From NCBI GenBank assembly GCA_028281385.1, contig JANQJY010000098.1:11180-75179 (forward strand): a stretch of DNA of 64,000 nucleotides, in the 5' to 3' direction. Position 1 is the first letter of the stretch; each line of letters opens with the position of its first letter. This stretch comes from Rickettsiales bacterium (GTDB lineage Bacteria; Pseudomonadota; Alphaproteobacteria; Rickettsiales; UBA3002). Positions 60,673 to 64,000 of this stretch are shown here, piece by piece. The translations under genes were made by a program, and so were the position numbers. The notes under the pieces are model-generated. The model saw only the letters and a list, made by a program, of their open reading frames with translations, did not search any database and was not told the origin of the DNA.

Positions 60673-61914
60673 CTAATACTGTATTTCCACACGATCAAAG
60701 CCCTTCATGATATAGCCGTTAGCGATAAACTCATTCCGCCCCTTCGTCCTGAGATTATGCGCCGATTTACCCCCACGAATCACTTTCTTCTCAATGCTTT
60801 CTACCGTCACATGATTGCCCTGCCAATCAACCAACACATCACCGACTTCCAGCTTGCCCGCTATCTCGACATCGCTTCTGGTTACGGTCGCTGACGGGTC
60901 AACGGCCTTCCACCCCTCCGTCGTCATAATCGGATGCTCGCTGGTAAAGAAGGCACCATCACCGTTGATCGCATACATGACATCCGTCTCCTGTGCGGAG
61001 GCATTGCGCGCTGTTACTGTCGATGCGCCGTAAGGTGTCATCACACTGTCACCCGGTGCCACCTGCTCAATCGGTTTTTGCGTACCGTCTGCCATGGCAA
61101 CCGGTGTGCCTTCCAATACACAGCCAGTGGCATCATGCCCTTTATTTGCAGCTTCTCTTTCCTTTGCTTTTTCTTCTTCACATTCCTGCTGTAGTTTTTC
61201 CAGTTCTTTGATGATGTCATCTTGCGTGCGTTTCTTGCCTTTTTCCTTAGGATCCTGCTTTAACCTTCTCTCGATTTCTTCTTTTTTCTGTTTTTCCGTA
61301 CCGCCACCCGCATTAACATCCGCTTCGCACGGAGTGAGACAAACAATACGCCCCACCGCTGTTACCTTGCTCCGGCATTCGATAATCCCATCGATACTCG
61401 TATCGCTACATATCTTCTCTATCTCAGGGTTCTGCATCAATTCTTCATTCTTCAAATCCAGATATCCTTTTATTTTTTCGCCTCTATCCAGATAATCGTT
61501 CACTGCGGAACCATACAAATCCTCCTTGAAGATTTCCAGATAGGTAATGACTTGAATTTCCTCCTCCGGACATACTTGCTCACAGCAGCGCTCAATCATC
61601 CAAGCGGGCATTCTCTGATTCTCCAGATTATTATATTCCTCCGGTGTTTGCGGGCAGTAACTCTTGGGCGGGCAATAGCAGGATTTCTGATCGCTCTCAT
61701 TCTCCCACGGTTCCGCACGCGACGGCAGGCAGGCCAACGGCAGATGTCCCCAATCCGGTGTAATGACTTCTGCATGCGCGTCCTTCACAGGGTGACATGA
61801 CGCAATCGCCAACATCATAAAAAGTGCTACAAATGTAAAAGACCTCATGACACCTAATCTCCCTAACATTGCGCCACATGCATAACGCCGAATAGATTGA
61901 GTTAATATCATCAT
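60673..61914 (-). CDS. secreted Cys-rich / Lys-Glu-rich protein ending in a Hint (bacterial intein-like) domain
   Basis: Signal peptide; C-terminal about 150 aa: GCVLEGTPVAMADGTQKPIEQVAPGDSV..FFTSEHPIMT.EGW..LEVGDVLVD..AHNL..GRNEFIANGYIMKG match the Hint/BIL block pattern. Confidence 0.6.
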   Translation of the reverse strand: MMILTQSIRRYACGAMLGRLGVMRSFTFVALFMMLAIASCHPVKDAHAEVITPDWGHLPLACLPSRAEPWENESDQKSCYCPPKSYCPQTPEEYNNLENQRMPAWMIERCCEQVCPEEEIQVITYLEIFKEDLYGSAVNDYLDRGEKIKGYLDLKNEELMQNPEIEKICSDTSIDGIIECRSKVTAVGRIVCLTPCEADVNAGGGTEKQKKEEIERRLKQDPKEKGKKRTQDDIIKELEKLQQECEEEKAKEREAANKGHDATGCVLEGTPVAMADGTQKPIEQVAPGDSVMTPYGASTVTARNASAQETDVMYAINGDGAFFTSEHPIMTTEGWKAVDPSATVTRSDVEIAGKLEVGDVLVDWQGNHVTVESIEKKVIRGGKSAHNLRTKGRNEFIANGYIMKGFDRVEIQY

Positions 61915-61925
61915 CTCACAAAATG

Positions 61926-61940
61926 GTTAATTATTTGTTA
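61926..61940. promoter_or_regulatory. TTAA-N7-TTAA (CtrA-type box candidate)
   Basis: ttaattatttgttaa; divergent region between the Hint-protein and metalloprotease genes. Confidence 0.3.
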
Positions 61941-62011
61941 ATTTTTCTCAAAGAAATGATTAATTTTAGTTAAATACCTTAATGATGCTCCCCCCGGATG
62001 AATGATAAAAC

Positions 62012-62055
62012 TTCATCGAACTGTCACACTGATTAACACAGCACTTTGCTATACT
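62012..62055 (+). promoter_or_regulatory. box promoter m (ttcatcgaactgtcacac, 20-nt spacer, tatact)
   Basis: Upstream of the metalloprotease gene 62126..63892. Confidence 0.65.
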
Positions 62056-62125
62056 GAACATAGATAAAATTTTAGCGGCTATCCCCTACCGAATGGGGCA
62101 ACAAAAACAGAGGAGTGAAGCAATC

Positions 62126-63892
62126 ATGTGTCAGTTATGCGCGATCAATCAGGCGGCTGGTGAGGTCAATCAGCAGGGCCATGCGCACAACCCGCTCAGC
62201 CAGGCATTGACCCAGGCGAAATTCAGCAATCTGGGGCTGGAGCATCTGAACAAGCTGGCAGCGATACCAAGCCCCAACAGCGATGTCGTCGGCCTGACCG
62301 GCGATGCGCGCAAGGATGTGTTGATTCAGGGTGCCAAATGGCAGGATACCAACCTCACCTATTCGCTGTGGGACAATATCTTCGATCTGTATGGCGGGGA
62401 TATCGCACCGCTGGGTGAATTTCTGGTCAATAAATGGACCGACGTGACGGCCAATATCATTCATCAGGCGCTCGACACCTATGAGACTTTCACCAATCTG
62501 ACCTTCACCTATGAAGATACCGGCGGCGCGATCAGTAAAACCTCGGATCTGGAATTCATGTCGACTGGCAGCATTCAGAGCTGGACGATCGGCTCAGTCG
62601 GGCTGGGCGTATTCCCAAGCGCTGAGTTTGGCGATTTATGGTTGCAGCTTCTGGGGCTCGACCGCAACAGCTTCCCCAATGTCGAAGGCTCGATTTATCT
62701 TGATGACTGGCACGAAGCCTTCACCTACAGCGATCCGGGCGAGCGTGGCTACTGGGTGATTCTGCATGAGATCGGCCATGCGCTGGGCCTGAAGCATTCG
62801 CATGACGATGGCGGCAATGGGCGCCCGACCTTCGAAGCGGTGGGCTTAAGCGATTATGATAACAACCTTTACAGCATCATGAGTTATCACAACACCCCAA
62901 CCGGCACCAATGACTTCAACGCCGCTGCTACGCCGATGCTCTATGATGTCCTTGCGCTGCAGGAACTCTATGGCGAAAACTGGGGCTACAATAGCGGTGA
63001 TACCACCTATAGCTTAAGCAATAACGGCGTGGTCAAAACCTATTGGGACGGCGGCGGCACTGACACCTTCGATGCCTCTGCTAGCAACAAGGCGGTCGAG
63101 CTTAATCTCGGTGAAGGCCAGATCAGTACCATTGGCGACACTTATGCCGCGATTGCCTATAAAGTGACGATTGAAAATGCCAAAGGTTCCCGTTTTGCCG
63201 ACACTATCAATGGTGACAGCGCCAACAATGTGCTGTACGGGATGGACGGTGCCGATACCATCAAAGGCGGCGATGGCATGGATATTATCTTCGGCGGGGT
63301 TGCCAAGGCTGATCCGCTCGATGAGGCCGATCTGATTTATGGCGGGCTTGACAGCGATAAGATCTTCGGTAATTCCGGCGACGATATTCTGTTCGGTGAC
63401 CGCAGTACCGAAGATGCCAGCGGCGGCAACGATACCATCTATGCCGGCTATGGCGGCGACCAACTCTATGGCGCCGGTGGTGATGATGAACTCTATGGCG
63501 GTGGCAATCGCTATGCCCCGAATGACCTCGGCGATGTCATCTCCGGCGGCAGCGGTAATGACGATCTGTACGGCAATGGCGGCAATGACACCCTTGCCGG
63601 AAATGAAGGTAATGACTCGATGCATGGCGGGATTGATGATGACGATTACTTCATCTTCTCCGACGGCGGCAATGATTATATCTGGCATTTTGAAGGCACC
63701 GGTCGTACCGGCGGCGACCGTCTGGTGATCGAGACCGATATCAACGGCACCGGTATTCAGACCGCAAACGACGTGCTCAGCCGCATGACGTCGGAAGGCT
63801 CCGGCATACGCATCGATCTCGGCGGCGGCAACGATGTCTTCATCGACTTCGTCGACACCCTCACTGTCGAAGATATCTTTGTGACGGTGTAG
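62126..63892 (+). CDS. serralysin-like (M10B) zinc metalloprotease with RTX repeats
   Basis: HEIGHALGLKHSHDD zinc motif, SIMSY Met-turn, then GGxGxD nonamers; GAGGAG RBS before ATG 62126. Confidence 0.87.
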   Translation: MCQLCAINQAAGEVNQQGHAHNPLSQALTQAKFSNLGLEHLNKLAAIPSPNSDVVGLTGDARKDVLIQGAKWQDTNLTYSLWDNIFDLYGGDIAPLGEFLVNKWTDVTANIIHQALDTYETFTNLTFTYEDTGGAISKTSDLEFMSTGSIQSWTIGSVGLGVFPSAEFGDLWLQLLGLDRNSFPNVEGSIYLDDWHEAFTYSDPGERGYWVILHEIGHALGLKHSHDDGGNGRPTFEAVGLSDYDNNLYSIMSYHNTPTGTNDFNAAATPMLYDVLALQELYGENWGYNSGDTTYSLSNNGVVKTYWDGGGTDTFDASASNKAVELNLGEGQISTIGDTYAAIAYKVTIENAKGSRFADTINGDSANNVLYGMDGADTIKGGDGMDIIFGGVAKADPLDEADLIYGGLDSDKIFGNSGDDILFGDRSTEDASGGNDTIYAGYGGDQLYGAGGDDELYGGGNRYAPNDLGDVISGGSGNDDLYGNGGNDTLAGNEGNDSMHGGIDDDDYFIFSDGGNDYIWHFEGTGRTGGDRLVIETDINGTGIQTANDVLSRMTSEGSGIRIDLGGGNDVFIDFVDTLTVEDIFVTV

Positions 63893-64000
63893 GTCAGAGT
63901 TCGGTATTCAATAGCGCTCTTCTCTGCTCAACCCTGAGAGTTACGTACGACCAGCACCCCGACCATAGCCTCTGTCGGCAGCGCGGATAATCGCTTCAGC

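Noticed and set aside
63014-63688. 224-aa minus-strand ORF inside the metalloprotease RTX region
   Set aside because: It is an antisense artefact of the GGxGxD repeat DNA (Ile/Ala/Gly-rich).
1-64000. Search for tRNA/tmRNA genes, att sites, integrases or transposases that would define a classical prophage or genomic island
   Set aside because: No T-loop-like GGTTCGAATCC-type motif, integrase or transposase signature was seen by eye. The region is therefore not called a mobile element, although a visual scan can miss diverged genes.

Overview
Reading the ORF translations and DNA by eye, this looks like an alphaproteobacterial chromosomal segment. The backbone is an RcGTA-type (HK97-like) head-tail gene set on the minus strand in canonical order: large terminase (split), portal, prohead protease, major capsid, g6-g7-g8, g12-g13, g14 and g15. 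Instead of forming a compact cluster, it is spread over about 40 kb. Unrelated genes sit at almost every junction: an RTX protein, a pentapeptide-repeat protein, a 997-aa proline-rich protein, an ATP-grasp enzyme, HigBA, small exported proteins and many ORFans. No tail tube, tail chaperone or recognisable tape-measure gene is present. That slot holds an 11.7-kb block of large helical or transmembrane ORFans, two of which appear co-transcribed with g12-g13. The right third of the window carries more ORFans, an SGNH/RTX esterase, an ICMT-like membrane enzyme, a DUF1376 prophage-like module, an flp pilin, cybB-yceI, a TadG-like vWA protein, a C-terminal Hint/BIL-domain protein and a serralysin-like RTX metalloprotease. 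The non-coding layer is unusual in three ways. (1) An 18-bp direct-repeat box (kTCAYnrAAcTGTCAY..) lies 19-21 nt upstream of a TAnnnT -10 at 13 of 14 promoters (one copy is box-only), and several of these promoters imply leaderless mRNAs. (2) A structured RPE-like repeat family (GAGCGGTCG...GGAGCGACGGCG) occurs only in plus orientation. It is inserted in frame into at least five CDSs, including the portal gene, and into 5' leaders. (3) Heptad-phased stop-codon elements sit at gene ends. There are also candidate CtrA boxes (TTAA-N7-TTAA) and further small repeat families. No tRNA, rRNA, CRISPR array, integrase or transposase was recognised. All homology calls come from motif recognition, not database searches.
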